64,000 nucleotides of DNA, from the NCBI GenBank assembly GCA_023133595.1, contig JAGLWF010000006.1:10074-74073 (forward strand), written 5' to 3'. The DNA is from Nanobdellota archaeon (GTDB taxonomy: Archaea; Nanobdellota; Nanobdellia; Woesearchaeales; WJKV01). The notes beneath the pieces were generated by a model. That model was not told where the DNA came from. It did no database searches and saw nothing but the letters and a program-made list of their open reading frames with translations. Positions within the stretch are counted from its first letter, which is position 1, and the number at the start of each line of letters is the position of its first letter. The position numbers and the translations under genes were made by a program. Positions 29,973 to 39,681 of this stretch are shown piece after piece.

Positions 29973-30182
29973 TCAATCAAAACGAAAAGCAACTCTGTCA
30001 TAACCTGCACGATAGAAGACTGTTCTTCGGATGAGAGGGTTGTCCACAGGTTTTTCTTCATCTGATGGTCTCATAAGATCGATCCTTCTATCTCTAGCAC
30101 CGATCATATACTCAAGTTGTTGCCATTCTCTTTCTCTTCTACAATGAATACAATTGCACATTTTTACCCCAAGAATAGCCAT
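29973..30182 (-). CDS. Small hypothetical protein with CNCIHC motif
   Basis: 69-aa ORF, first of the minus-strand three-gene run, 12 nt from the next gene. Confidence 0.45.
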   Translation of the reverse strand: MAILGVKMCNCIHCRREREWQQLEYMIGARDRRIDLMRPSDEEKPVDNPLIRRTVFYRAGYDRVAFRFD

Positions 30183-30326
30183 CTCAATATTAGGTAGCCA
30201 TTCTATTCTATAATATGTTCAAAGAAGGATATAAACCTGTGTTGTCGCAAAACAGACACCTTCAGTTTATATCCATAGATGGCCATACTTATAGGATAAG
30301 AACCTTGTAGTTTGGAGGTATACACA

Positions 30327-31031
30327 ATGTTATCAAAGACAGGATATGCAATAAGATACATGGGTGAGATGGATGGTTTTGTCAAAGGCAATGTAAAGTA
30401 CAATGTGTTTGGTGAATGTGCTCTTCAAGACAGAAGAGAGCGGATCATAAGAAGCATCAAAGAATTTTTTCCTTACAATGTAAGTGGACTTGAAAGTTTC
30501 TTTGGATGGAATTTTGTTTTCAGCAGGCCTATAAAAGGATTAAGAGAGCAGGTAGCAGATCTTGCAAAAGGAATAGCTGTTCCTGAGATTGAGGATGATA
30601 TGTTCAGCAGAGGATGCGAGGTTGATGATTGGCTGGAAGTCGCAAGCAGAAAAGGCGGAGCTGTCAACACAATCAAATATCTTGCACTGTCTGTGTACCA
30701 TGCAATCAAGGACGGATCACGAAGACCTGTTGGACGCAGAATGATTGAAGGCCTTGATAAGAAGATCGCTTTCCTTAATAATTTGGAACAGAAAGCGCAT
30801 GCATATCTTGGCTTCAATGAGAGATACGTCCCTTTTTGCGAAGAGACAATAGAGACCCTAAGCAAAACAAAAGGCTTCAAGGATCCAAACTATGATCTGA
30901 GCAGAATGTTCCTGAAAGTACGCGGGCTTAAGAGAGATGCCGACAGTCTTCAGAAACTGTTGAGAGTCATTGGTATGTGTAGAGAAGGATGCATTGAAAG
31001 AAAAACAAGAGTAGAAAAAATTATAAAATAA
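30327..31031 (+). CDS. Hypothetical protein
   Basis: GGAGGT RBS before ATG 30327; no recognised motif. Confidence 0.7.
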   Translation: MLSKTGYAIRYMGEMDGFVKGNVKYNVFGECALQDRRERIIRSIKEFFPYNVSGLESFFGWNFVFSRPIKGLREQVADLAKGIAVPEIEDDMFSRGCEVDDWLEVASRKGGAVNTIKYLALSVYHAIKDGSRRPVGRRMIEGLDKKIAFLNNLEQKAHAYLGFNERYVPFCEETIETLSKTKGFKDPNYDLSRMFLKVRGLKRDADSLQKLLRVIGMCREGCIERKTRVEKIIK

Positions 31032-31036
31032 AAAAC

Positions 31037-31675
31037 TTATTTTTTCTTCTTTGGCGGAGTTTTGCGTTTTGAAGGAGTTTTTGGCTTTGCTGGTTTCTCT
31101 GGCGCACTACCATAATCCTCAGCAGGCCTGTAATCCATTCCTGGGAATCCGTATGTCTTTGGATCCAGCTGTTCTCTTAATTTCTCAGCCTCTTTCAGGG
31201 ATGCTGCCTTAGTCTCTATTTCCTTTCCTAGTTTCTTTATTGTGCTTGAGACTTTTGCAAAAGAACTTCGATAAGTCCTGATCATTATGTCGTAAGTCGC
31301 TGATATCCTGTCCCTGAAATCACCGTTCAGTTTCTTTCTCTCTAATTCGTCCAGTTTTTTTGTCTTCTCCCGCTGGTATCTCTTCATGTTCTGGAGATAA
31401 TCTCTCTGCTGTGATTTTGCAATGTCAAGATTTATCCTCTGAAGACTGATCTCTGTCTTGTGTTTAAGTATGATCTCGTCAAGCTTGCTGACAGAATCCT
31501 TTACTTTTGCAGTGAACTGTGCTTTTACTGTCTTGTAAGCGCCAAGCTCTGTGTTATAATTGCTTGCAACTGTTGTGACATCAGGGTCAATCTCTGGACC
31601 TGACCCGCATCCTAGCAATGCTGCTGCAAAACCCCCTAATGTAAGCATGAATCCTACTGGTCTGTATAATCTCAT
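31037..31675 (-). CDS. Putative coiled-coil lipoprotein
   Basis: Hydrophobic leader ending LLGC; helical charged body; basic Pro/Lys tail. Confidence 0.7.
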   Translation of the reverse strand: MRLYRPVGFMLTLGGFAAALLGCGSGPEIDPDVTTVASNYNTELGAYKTVKAQFTAKVKDSVSKLDEIILKHKTEISLQRINLDIAKSQQRDYLQNMKRYQREKTKKLDELERKKLNGDFRDRISATYDIMIRTYRSSFAKVSSTIKKLGKEIETKAASLKEAEKLREQLDPKTYGFPGMDYRPAEDYGSAPEKPAKPKTPSKRKTPPKKKK

Positions 31676-31743
31676 TTTATTATAACCCCCCTATGTACCC
31701 TTTGTAGAGTAGTAAAAATGTGGGGAATATATAAAGGTTTGGT

Positions 31744-32295
31744 TTAGAACAAGCGTCTGAGATAGGTGACCATGTATCCAGCCACTACTGTCTGCTGGCT
31801 TGTCATGAACTGTATCACTTGTGTTATCATAGTCTCACTTTCCCTTTTAACTTCAGGATCCTTTGTCATATGTTTATATACCTTGCCTCGTGAATCAGCA
31901 AGTACTATTTCTCCAGGTTGTTCTTCATCTATCTTTTTTTCAAATCTATTTAAAGTGATAAATCTCTTTCTGACGAGGTTTCCAGGATCTCCTGCTCTCA
32001 GGACCAAGTCATTGAGAAATGTTTTTATCGGGCCTTGAAAAAGAACTGTCCTTCGACCCAGAAGAGCATCAGTTTTTATCTTTTGTATCTCAACCTGATC
32101 TCCTGTCAATCGTCTTATCTTGTATTGGTCCTGGTATTCATCGATTGTAGTAAACCCGTTACAATCACGGTTATAGCATTGAGGAACTTCCAGAGAAACT
32201 TCATCAACCCTGAACCTTCTGTCTAAAGCTGCATACACTGACAGTTGAACATCTGTCAACAGCATGCCCTGACAGGATGATATGCATTCTTCCAT
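31744..32295 (-). CDS. Cys-containing hypothetical protein, paralogue of 33208-33639
   Basis: CISSCQG near the N-terminus, second Cys pair, ends YLRRLF. Confidence 0.65.
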   Translation of the reverse strand: MEECISSCQGMLLTDVQLSVYAALDRRFRVDEVSLEVPQCYNRDCNGFTTIDEYQDQYKIRRLTGDQVEIQKIKTDALLGRRTVLFQGPIKTFLNDLVLRAGDPGNLVRKRFITLNRFEKKIDEEQPGEIVLADSRGKVYKHMTKDPEVKRESETMITQVIQFMTSQQTVVAGYMVTYLRRLF

Positions 32296-32381
32296 TTTAG
32301 AAGAATTATAGATTATTGTTTAAAAAGTTTTGTGGAAGAATGTGAAATAAACTTTATAAACTGCTTTCAAAGGATAAGTAT

Positions 32382-33221
32382 ATGCAAGGCGAGAGAGAGA
32401 TCAAACTTATAGAACGGGTATTAGGTCATAAATTCGGAGAAAAGCCCAAGATAATATTGAACACGTGGAAGAATCTTTTTCTGGAGCATACGTATGCGCG
32501 AGAATATACTCCCTGGGGATATTTCGAAGCTTTGATTGCTCTTCTCGCTTTTGAGCTGCCAGCTGCATTATATATACATCAAACAAGAACTTGCTTGATT
32601 CCTGCTTATGATAAATCTGGTTTCAGGCAGTTCGCAATACTTCACGAACTTATGCATTCTTACATTCTTCAGAGAAATCCAGAAATGAATAAAAATAAAT
32701 TCAGTGTATATCAGATGCCACTACTTTCAACATGGAAAGAGACAATGGAAGAATGGGAAGAAAAATATTTGAGAAAATATATTGCTGAAGGTATTGGAGA
32801 TTATGTCGCGATACTAGCCCAAAAGATATTAGTTGCTGAAGGTATGAGCTTGGAACATGCGTATGGAGTCGCAGAGGAATACGACCTTGCTGGATATGAA
32901 GATGTCTCAACAGAAGTTGCTCCTAAAGGCCTGCCAATGAACAATTTTTTCGCAAGGCAATTGTTGAGGGAAGCAAGCAGGATGCTGGAAAAACTGCCAG
33001 ATCCGAAACAGCATATCCATGACCCTGATCTTCGTGCAAAGTTCAGAAGAAATGAATTTAATAATTACCTGTCCATACACGCGCATAAGATCGGCTATCA
33101 TATTGTTCGTTCTTTATGTGAAAGTTCTCATCACAGTCCTGGAACTACTATCGACTGGCTGATAGCTAATCCTTATAAAAGTTTTAAAGAAGTTCAGGAG
33201 AAAGTTCCTATATTTCAATAA
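32382..33221 (+). CDS. Putative zinc metallopeptidase (gluzincin-like)
   Basis: ILHELMHS (HExxH) and a downstream AEGIGDY glutamate motif; no signal peptide. Confidence 0.75.
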   Translation: MQGEREIKLIERVLGHKFGEKPKIILNTWKNLFLEHTYAREYTPWGYFEALIALLAFELPAALYIHQTRTCLIPAYDKSGFRQFAILHELMHSYILQRNPEMNKNKFSVYQMPLLSTWKETMEEWEEKYLRKYIAEGIGDYVAILAQKILVAEGMSLEHAYGVAEEYDLAGYEDVSTEVAPKGLPMNNFFARQLLREASRMLEKLPDPKQHIHDPDLRAKFRRNEFNNYLSIHAHKIGYHIVRSLCESSHHSPGTTIDWLIANPYKSFKEVQEKVPIFQ

Positions 33222-33639
33222 ACAGTCTTCTCAGGTAATCAACAAACTCTTTAGAGGGAAGCATCCTTGAAGAATATGCTTCTTTAAGATCATGCCCGTG
33301 CTGGGATACTTCATAAGCAAGTTCACTGGTTAATTGTCTGAAGAATTGTGTTGGAGGATCCAATGTGCCTTCTTGAAATTCTGCAGTTACCTCTGCTTCT
33401 TCTAGTCTTGTCTTTCTTATCAGGAAATTATTTCTTCCTAAGTCTGCAATTTCATATGTTACAAATCTTTCTTCTATTGGAATTTCGCACCCAGGATTCA
33501 TTGCTGGATTACCGGCACATGGCATTGTCATCAGAGTTGCACTATCAACTAGTATCCCCTCCCCACTAGGATTAGATATTCTATACATGATTGTGATTAA
33601 TCCATGACAATCCTCAAGACAAGCTTTTTTCTCTGTCAT
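33208..33639 (-). CDS. Cys-containing hypothetical protein, paralogue of 31744-32295
   Basis: CLEDCHG near the N-terminus, second Cys pair, YLRRLF near the C-terminus. Confidence 0.65.
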   Translation of the reverse strand: MTEKKACLEDCHGLITIMYRISNPSGEGILVDSATLMTMPCAGNPAMNPGCEIPIEERFVTYEIADLGRNNFLIRKTRLEEAEVTAEFQEGTLDPPTQFFRQLTSELAYEVSQHGHDLKEAYSSRMLPSKEFVDYLRRLFIEI

Positions 33640-33684
33640 TTTGGTTGTTAGTTTGCTTTGTATATTTAAAATTTGTTCAAGAAC

Positions 33685-34428
33685 TTAATTTCCAGGATAA
33701 TCCGGGATGTCTTTTGGATCTATTGTTTCCATGACAGCTACACGTGCTGTTGTCTTTGTTGGCTTTGGTGTCAGGTCTACATTCTTTGCTTCTTCTATTG
33801 TTTTCTCTACAGAATATGCATAAGAGGTCTCTGGATACTTTCTTATTTTTCCATTTCTCACATCAAAGTTTCTTGATGCAAATAAAAGTTCTGCTGTAGT
33901 AGCTCCTTGTGCTTTTGCATCCTCTTCTGCAAGCTTGAATGCTTCTTTGTTTGCTTTAGCTTGGCTTTCATCTGTAAGTTCAAATTCCACTCGTACTTCT
34001 GCAAATACACCCACTATTGAATCCAAATATGTTCTTAAATTTTCCATGTCATCTACACGGGCAGACAAGAACGGAGTTGTAACAAATCTTGTTGTTTGAG
34101 TATCCCAATATGCACCTTTAAGACCTTCAATTTCAATATTTGATTCCTTTACTCCTGATTCAATGAGAAAATCTTTGACCAAATTTATTCTATTTTCAGC
34201 TCTTCTTATTGCTTGATATTCACTGTCTCCTCCTGCACCTGCTCTGACATAGATCATTGCATAATCAGGAAGTGTTAAAACTTCACCAGTGCCTGTTATT
34301 TTCGGAACTTTTATTCCTTTTGCAAACTCTCTTTCCAGTCTTGCTTTCTCTAGCTCTTCAACATCTATTTTCCCGCATCCTAAGAGTAATAATGAGATCA
34401 TTAATAACAGTATGATTTTTGTTTTCAT
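33685..34428 (-). CDS. SIMPL-domain (DUF541-like) lipoprotein
   Basis: LLLGC lipobox; ITGTGEVLTLPDYAMIYV and AFKLAEEDAKAQG pattern typical of SIMPL proteins. Confidence 0.7.
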   Translation of the reverse strand: MKTKIILLLMISLLLLGCGKIDVEELEKARLEREFAKGIKVPKITGTGEVLTLPDYAMIYVRAGAGGDSEYQAIRRAENRINLVKDFLIESGVKESNIEIEGLKGAYWDTQTTRFVTTPFLSARVDDMENLRTYLDSIVGVFAEVRVEFELTDESQAKANKEAFKLAEEDAKAQGATTAELLFASRNFDVRNGKIRKYPETSYAYSVEKTIEEAKNVDLTPKPTKTTARVAVMETIDPKDIPDYPGN

Positions 34429-34516
34429 TGTTATGTTTAGAGCGAAGAGCTATTTAAATGTTTGCGCTATATAGTAAATAAATAGGATTAAATATCTCAT
34501 TGTGATTTCTTATGTC

Positions 34517-35755
34517 ATGATAACGCCTTCTAATTGTGCGAAATGCAAAGGCCGTCTGTTCTGCGGCAGGTCTTACTGTCCTATCCTGGCCAAGTCTGCT
34601 GCTGCGTTCAAAGTGAAGCAGGGGATTCAGAAGGAAGAGTATTTTGGTTCTGCGCCAGCACCTTTTGTCGGCCGCATGGGTTATCCTAACATCAATGTGG
34701 GGATATTGTCTCCTGGGGAAGTTCGTTCTGACGCATGGGAGTATGATGCTCCGCAGTTCTGGTCGAGTGAAGATTATAATATTCCCCAGATAATTGATTT
34801 CCGGAGCCAGCTGATCAATTCTAGATTTAAATCTCTTGTTAAGAATGCGAATAATAAATTCTTAGATCTGACACAGGAAGTTGCATTAGCTAATAGACCA
34901 GTTGATGTTGAATTCAAATTAGAGAAAAAACCTTTCTATCGAGTAAATCTACAGTCACATGTCCCGCCAATGGGACCGAGCGCCTCCCTGAAGCAGGCAA
35001 TGCTGACTGAGAATCCGCACATTCCAAGGAAGGTTGACAAGATTGTCTCTGATACTGAATTATTGTCTGCTAGCGGTCTGGTGCAGTTGTATGAGAAAGG
35101 GATTGACGAGAATTACCTGACGCAGATACTGTCTGTTGGCCAGCTAGGACTTGCAGTCAACCGAAAGTTGGTTCCAACCCGATGGTCCATAACAGCAACA
35201 GATGATACAATCGGAAAACATTTGATTGGTTCTGTTAAACAGTTCAGTAAGCAGACGGATTTCCAGTGTTTTTTTGGCGGTTATATTGGCAATTATTATC
35301 TGATATTGTTTTTTCCAAATGTATGGTCGTATGAATTGTTCGAGACATATGCTGAGGTTAGTGTGTGGAATCCTGAAGGAAAGATACAGTTCATGACAGA
35401 CAATGAAGGTTATTCTGGCAGGAAAGTATATGCGCACGAGACTGCTGGAGGATATTATGCTGCCCGGTTGGGGATATTGGAGAAATTGAATAGTTTGAAA
35501 AGACAAGGCTCTGTTCTGGCACTGCGGTTTATCACTAAAGAATACGCTGTGCCTTTGGGAGTGTGGGCAGTGCGAGAGGCAACGCGGAAAGCCCTTGAAA
35601 ATAAACCAATACATTTCGCTTCAAAAGAACTTATGCTTCATTATGCCAAATTAAAAGCAAAGAAAGAGTTTAATTTTAACCTGGATCTTTTATTGCGAGA
35701 GAGTAAGTTGCTGAAGGAGATCAAAGAGCAGAAGAAACTAAGCGAATTCTCATAA
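34517..35755 (+). CDS. nreA: Archaeal DNA repair protein NreA
   Basis: CAKCKGRLFCGRSYCPI zinc motif, GRMGYPNINVG, LVPTRWSITATDD, GGYYAARL, VWAVRE; C-terminal PIP-box-like QKKLSEF. Confidence 0.9.
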   Translation: MITPSNCAKCKGRLFCGRSYCPILAKSAAAFKVKQGIQKEEYFGSAPAPFVGRMGYPNINVGILSPGEVRSDAWEYDAPQFWSSEDYNIPQIIDFRSQLINSRFKSLVKNANNKFLDLTQEVALANRPVDVEFKLEKKPFYRVNLQSHVPPMGPSASLKQAMLTENPHIPRKVDKIVSDTELLSASGLVQLYEKGIDENYLTQILSVGQLGLAVNRKLVPTRWSITATDDTIGKHLIGSVKQFSKQTDFQCFFGGYIGNYYLILFFPNVWSYELFETYAEVSVWNPEGKIQFMTDNEGYSGRKVYAHETAGGYYAARLGILEKLNSLKRQGSVLALRFITKEYAVPLGVWAVREATRKALENKPIHFASKELMLHYAKLKAKKEFNFNLDLLLRESKLLKEIKEQKKLSEFS

Positions 35756-35788
35756 TATTTCTAAACATTATACCTAAATATTTATATA

Positions 35789-35808
35789 TTACTTAGTATT
35801 ACTTAGTA
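35789..35808 (+). promoter_or_regulatory. Tandem 10-bp direct repeat between TATA box and start of the RHH gene (putative operator)
   Basis: TTACTTAGTA x2 directly after TTTATATA (35781-35788). Confidence 0.45.
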
Positions 35809-35810
35809 AT

Positions 35811-36074
35811 ATGGAAACAATCAGCCTTAAATTGGATGATGACTTTTTGGATGATATTGAGAAGATCATGAGAAAACATAGGTACACTACAAAGACAGAA
35901 TTTGTAAGAGAGGCGCTAAGAGACAAAATAAAAGATCTGGAAAAGGAAGAGATAATAAAGAAATTGGCAAAGCTGAAAGGTAGTCTCAAAGGGAAAGCAA
36001 AAATGAGCTATGAAGAGGCCAGGAAATTGGCTGGATTAGAGGTGGCAAAAAAGTTTGGTATTAAACTAGATTAA
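35811..36074 (+). CDS. Ribbon-helix-helix (CopG/NikR-like) protein, likely antitoxin
   Basis: TISLKLDD beta strand followed by YTTKTEFVREALRDKI. Confidence 0.85.
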   Translation: METISLKLDDDFLDDIEKIMRKHRYTTKTEFVREALRDKIKDLEKEEIIKKLAKLKGSLKGKAKMSYEEARKLAGLEVAKKFGIKLD

Positions 36075-36479
36075 TTCTTCTGGCTTTTTGACAGAAATAA
36101 ATGGCAATTCATAGAAATGCATATCTCGAGACACTAAAATTGTATCATTGTCTTTTGCTAGCATTGCATGCAGTGCATCTCCGAATGGAATTTTCAGTTC
36201 TTGCTTGATTTTGAATGCTTTATGCGCTTGTTGTTTAGTTGCTTTAACCATAATTATTAATTCCTTTGGGATAATTCCAAAAATCTTATTTAATTTTTCC
36301 AGATTATATTGCTTCTTGATCTCATCCAACAAATGATCACTAAGCACAAACAAAGATTCTTCTTGGATTATCTTATTGATCAGCATAAGAGCCCAATCAC
36401 CTAATGGCCTGAATTTGTCAGACCGGTTTTCAAAATAATCCATCCATATGCACGTATCCAGATAATATCTTTCTACCAT
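36066..36479 (-). CDS. PIN-domain (VapC-like) protein
   Basis: YYLDTCIW, EI, PFGDALHA and LVSRDMHF acidic motifs. Confidence 0.85.
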   Translation of the reverse strand: MVERYYLDTCIWMDYFENRSDKFRPLGDWALMLINKIIQEESLFVLSDHLLDEIKKQYNLEKLNKIFGIIPKELIIMVKATKQQAHKAFKIKQELKIPFGDALHAMLAKDNDTILVSRDMHFYELPFISVKKPEELI

Positions 36480-36584
36480 ATATCAAAACTAGAAATCAAG
36501 ATTTAAATCTTTTGTTGACTGAGTATTGGAAGCTTTATAAAAAAATTATAAAGACTTATATATTTGTACTAAATCCACAGCTAT

Positions 36585-37469
36585 ATGTTAGAACTGATAT
36601 CTTGGTCCAGAAAAGGAGAGCGCCCACATTTTAAAAGAGGATTGGATTATATTGCTGAGAGATCATTTTCTTCTGCAAGAGCATATTTCAGGAACGGCCT
36701 GACAAAGAAACCTGATAGTGTTTTTCTGATGGCAGCATATTCCGTAGCATTGGCAGGTGCTGGTGAATTTCCTAGCGCGAAAAGATTTGCAAGGATTGCC
36801 ATTGACCAGGATCCGGGATTATGGCAGTCGTATGTCTGTCTTGCTCACTGCCATAACAGGCTGGGAGAGTATGAGCAGCAACAGATGGCTGCAGAAGTAC
36901 TACTAAACATATGGCCGGATGAAGCTGGCAATCATATTATCCAGGCAGATGCATGGAATAATCTGGGAAATTATCAAAGTGCAGGTTCCCATGCAAAAGA
37001 AGCTATCAAACTGAAACCTAGCTGGCCGCACGGACATCTTCTTCGAGGATTTGCACACTTAGGGATGAAGAGTCCTAAAAATGCAGTCCAGGATTCTGAA
37101 AGATCAATTAAATACAATAGCGAGAAAAAGATGTATCCTTTATTCTTTGATTATGCGCTTGCAGGCGCAATCTATTTCAGGCTGGGAAACAGGGCAGCTG
37201 CTGACGGAAAATCAGACGAGGCAGAAGAGCACAGGAAAATTGCAGTATCAAGATTCAAATCCGGACTAGGGGATTTCGAGACAGAAGGAGCAGACAGGGA
37301 CAGAGAGATTTATAAGAAAGTATTGTTGATATATGAAGGTCTTTCCAGACTGGATGAAGGAAGACATAAACCAAAATTAGAAGCGTGGTTGAAAGAGATA
37401 AGCGCAACAAGGATGAATGGTCTTGAACGTGAAAGGGAACATATCCGGAAGTTCCTTGGTGTTGCGTAA
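36585..37469 (+). CDS. Tetratricopeptide-repeat protein
   Basis: Several 34-aa A/G/Y/L/P-periodic helical repeats (AIDQDPG, LLNIWPD, AIKLKPS). Confidence 0.75.
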   Translation: MLELISWSRKGERPHFKRGLDYIAERSFSSARAYFRNGLTKKPDSVFLMAAYSVALAGAGEFPSAKRFARIAIDQDPGLWQSYVCLAHCHNRLGEYEQQQMAAEVLLNIWPDEAGNHIIQADAWNNLGNYQSAGSHAKEAIKLKPSWPHGHLLRGFAHLGMKSPKNAVQDSERSIKYNSEKKMYPLFFDYALAGAIYFRLGNRAAADGKSDEAEEHRKIAVSRFKSGLGDFETEGADRDREIYKKVLLIYEGLSRLDEGRHKPKLEAWLKEISATRMNGLEREREHIRKFLGVA

Positions 37470-37514
37470 AGAATATAAATGATGGAATTCTTTTAGATTA
37501 CGAGGTGATATATT

Positions 37515-37715
37515 ATGGGTTATTTTAAATGGGCAAATTCCAAGATAAAAAAGTTTAAATGGCATGACATTTCACTGACAAAGCTGAGTGTCCTTTTCTT
37601 TGCATTGTTCCTGGCAAAAGTCTGGCCTGCTATTTTAGGTCTGGACTGGTACTGGTACCTGATACTTTGTATTGTTGTAGCAATACCAGTATGGATGAAA
37701 CTCTTCAAGAAATAA
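37515..37715 (+). CDS. Small two-TM membrane protein
   Basis: GAGGTGA RBS; hydrophobic Trp-rich 66 aa. Confidence 0.7.
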   Translation: MGYFKWANSKIKKFKWHDISLTKLSVLFFALFLAKVWPAILGLDWYWYLILCIVVAIPVWMKLFKK

Positions 37716-37720
37716 TTTTT

Positions 37721-38023
37721 TTATTTTCTTTCAAAATATTCTTTTACTTTCCGGTAGAATATCTCGTATCTTTCTTCTTCACCTTTAAAGAATACAGTAA
37801 TCTCTGTCATATCATCCCTGCCCTCGATAGTGAATTTTCCACCATCACAGAGCCAATACTCCAGCCGCCCTTCCTGTTGTAATCTTGGATGACCAAGATT
37901 AGATAATCTTCTATTATCATCATGAAATTCAACAATATCCAAAGATTTGCATAGGATATCAAAGATTCCCAATAATTGGTCCAATGTTATTTTCTTTGCA
38001 GAAATATCTATAGTAACTGCCAT
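37721..38023 (-). CDS. Hypothetical protein
   Basis: 100-aa ORF, no recognised motif. Confidence 0.55.
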   Translation of the reverse strand: MAVTIDISAKKITLDQLLGIFDILCKSLDIVEFHDDNRRLSNLGHPRLQQEGRLEYWLCDGGKFTIEGRDDMTEITVFFKGEEERYEIFYRKVKEYFERK

Positions 38024-38061
38024 ATATTAAAGAATTTTGATGTGTTATATTAAGTTTAGCT

Positions 38062-38655
38062 CTAATCAAACCTTTTCCTGCTCAGTTTTACATTATTTGA
38101 TTCTATTCCCATGCAGCCAGGAGCATCATTCTTTATTGTTCCTTGCATCAGGTCTGTTGTCAGCATCAGTTCCCAGAAGTTTCCGCCAACATCTGTGAAT
38201 GTGAATTTAGAACTGCTCACTGTTCCTGCTACTGGTGATGGAATCCTTGCTCCTTGATCAACCATCTGTGCGAAAGTATCACAACCCATTCCTTCGACCA
38301 GTTCCTCTATCTCAAAATTCGCAAAATCAAGAATAACATTTCCTGCAACATTATTTCCATTCTGCTGCAAGTTCATTATAATAGAAGGTGGATTCACTTT
38401 TCCTATGTACCTGCAAGCTGGATTCGCGCAATTGTTTGTGAAAGTTATCGAACCTTTCCATGTCCCTGTCAGATCTCTTGCAGGTGCTATTGTTGATGTC
38501 ATCCTTGGTTGCGGAGCTGGTTCAGGTGCGGCTTCTGGTTCCTGTGCTTGATCCTCAACAGGTTCCTGCACTGAATCTTCTATTGGTGCTTCTGGAGCAC
38601 ATGCTGTAAGAAATATAGAAAGTATTAAGATTGCAATTATCAGATAAACTTTCAT
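38062..38655 (-). CDS. Putative lipoprotein with beta-rich domain
   Basis: FLTAC lipobox, Pro/Glu linker, DLTGTWKGSI and two Cys pairs. Confidence 0.75.
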   Translation of the reverse strand: MKVYLIIAILILSIFLTACAPEAPIEDSVQEPVEDQAQEPEAAPEPAPQPRMTSTIAPARDLTGTWKGSITFTNNCANPACRYIGKVNPPSIIMNLQQNGNNVAGNVILDFANFEIEELVEGMGCDTFAQMVDQGARIPSPVAGTVSSSKFTFTDVGGNFWELMLTTDLMQGTIKNDAPGCMGIESNNVKLSRKRFD

Positions 38656-38745
38656 AGATGATTTGTGAGATATAATAATATATAAACCTTGTTGTATTCC
38701 TAGTTACAACTTAAGTTTATATTACTTTAATGCCATAATTATACT

Positions 38746-39156
38746 ATGAAACAGGAAGAAGTTGTCAAGCGGTTGGAAGAGGAGATAATATTGTTAGAAG
38801 TGTTCAAAGTAGAATCAAGGATAATTATATATGGAACTCCTGGTACAGGAAAAACACAGATATTAGAACGTATTGCAGATTATGCAGGAAAGCGTGATAT
38901 TGAAGTGCTAAGATTTCAACCAATGGATTTAGGAAGATTGTTAGAGTTAGCAGAAGAACTTGATCTAGAAAACAAGAAATTTCTCTTTATTGCCGACAAT
39001 ATGGGTTACCGCACTTATCAAAAGAAGATATATAAGTTCCTGACTTCTGTTAAGAGCAAAAGTCCAAAAGGATATCTGTTTATTGGTGCGAATCCTTATC
39101 CACAGACAGAAGATAGACTGCAGAAGTGGGGATTTGAAGCACTGTTTCTTGAATAG
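38746..39156 (+). CDS. Small stand-alone P-loop NTPase domain
   Basis: Walker A GTPGTGKT and Walker-B-like FLFIADN in only 136 aa. Confidence 0.65.
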   Translation: MKQEEVVKRLEEEIILLEVFKVESRIIIYGTPGTGKTQILERIADYAGKRDIEVLRFQPMDLGRLLELAEELDLENKKFLFIADNMGYRTYQKKIYKFLTSVKSKSPKGYLFIGANPYPQTEDRLQKWGFEALFLE

Positions 39157-39294
39157 GTATATGTAATGTCATATAGCATTTTAGTGTTAATAAATTTAAT
39201 TTTTCTCTAAACTACTTGCTGGGAAATGTATTATCTGATATAGATAAAACATCCAAACAATAAATAAATATGAGGATATGTTTTCTGGAGAACT

Positions 39295-39681
39295 ATGGTG
39301 ACACTTAATGACCTATTGCTCGATGCCAGTGTATGTCTCTATGAAGTCAGGGAGCAGTGGCATACTACTGACCACGACTATCCTTGTCTCGGAGCAATAA
39401 GAGAACATAAGTATTTTGATGAAAGAAGAGAAGTATATTCATCAAAAGAAAAAGCAGACCAGGTTGCAGAAGCCTTTTCTGCAGAAGTAAGAAAGAAAAT
39501 GCTCAGGATGGACGAGTTTGATCAGCTAAGAGAAGCTGCAAAGCATGGGATCCCACGAAACGCAGATGATTTTTCATATAGATTTGCTGTGAAAGAACAT
39601 GTGGTCCTTGTGAAAGATCTTGAAGAGAAAGACAGTAAAGTGTTCTGGAAGATCAGCAAAGGTTCAATCGAAGTCTTGTGA
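39295..39681 (+). CDS. Hypothetical protein
   Basis: GGAG RBS, 128-aa ORF. Confidence 0.6.
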   Translation: MVTLNDLLLDASVCLYEVREQWHTTDHDYPCLGAIREHKYFDERREVYSSKEKADQVAEAFSAEVRKKMLRMDEFDQLREAAKHGIPRNADDFSYRFAVKEHVVLVKDLEEKDSKVFWKISKGSIEVL

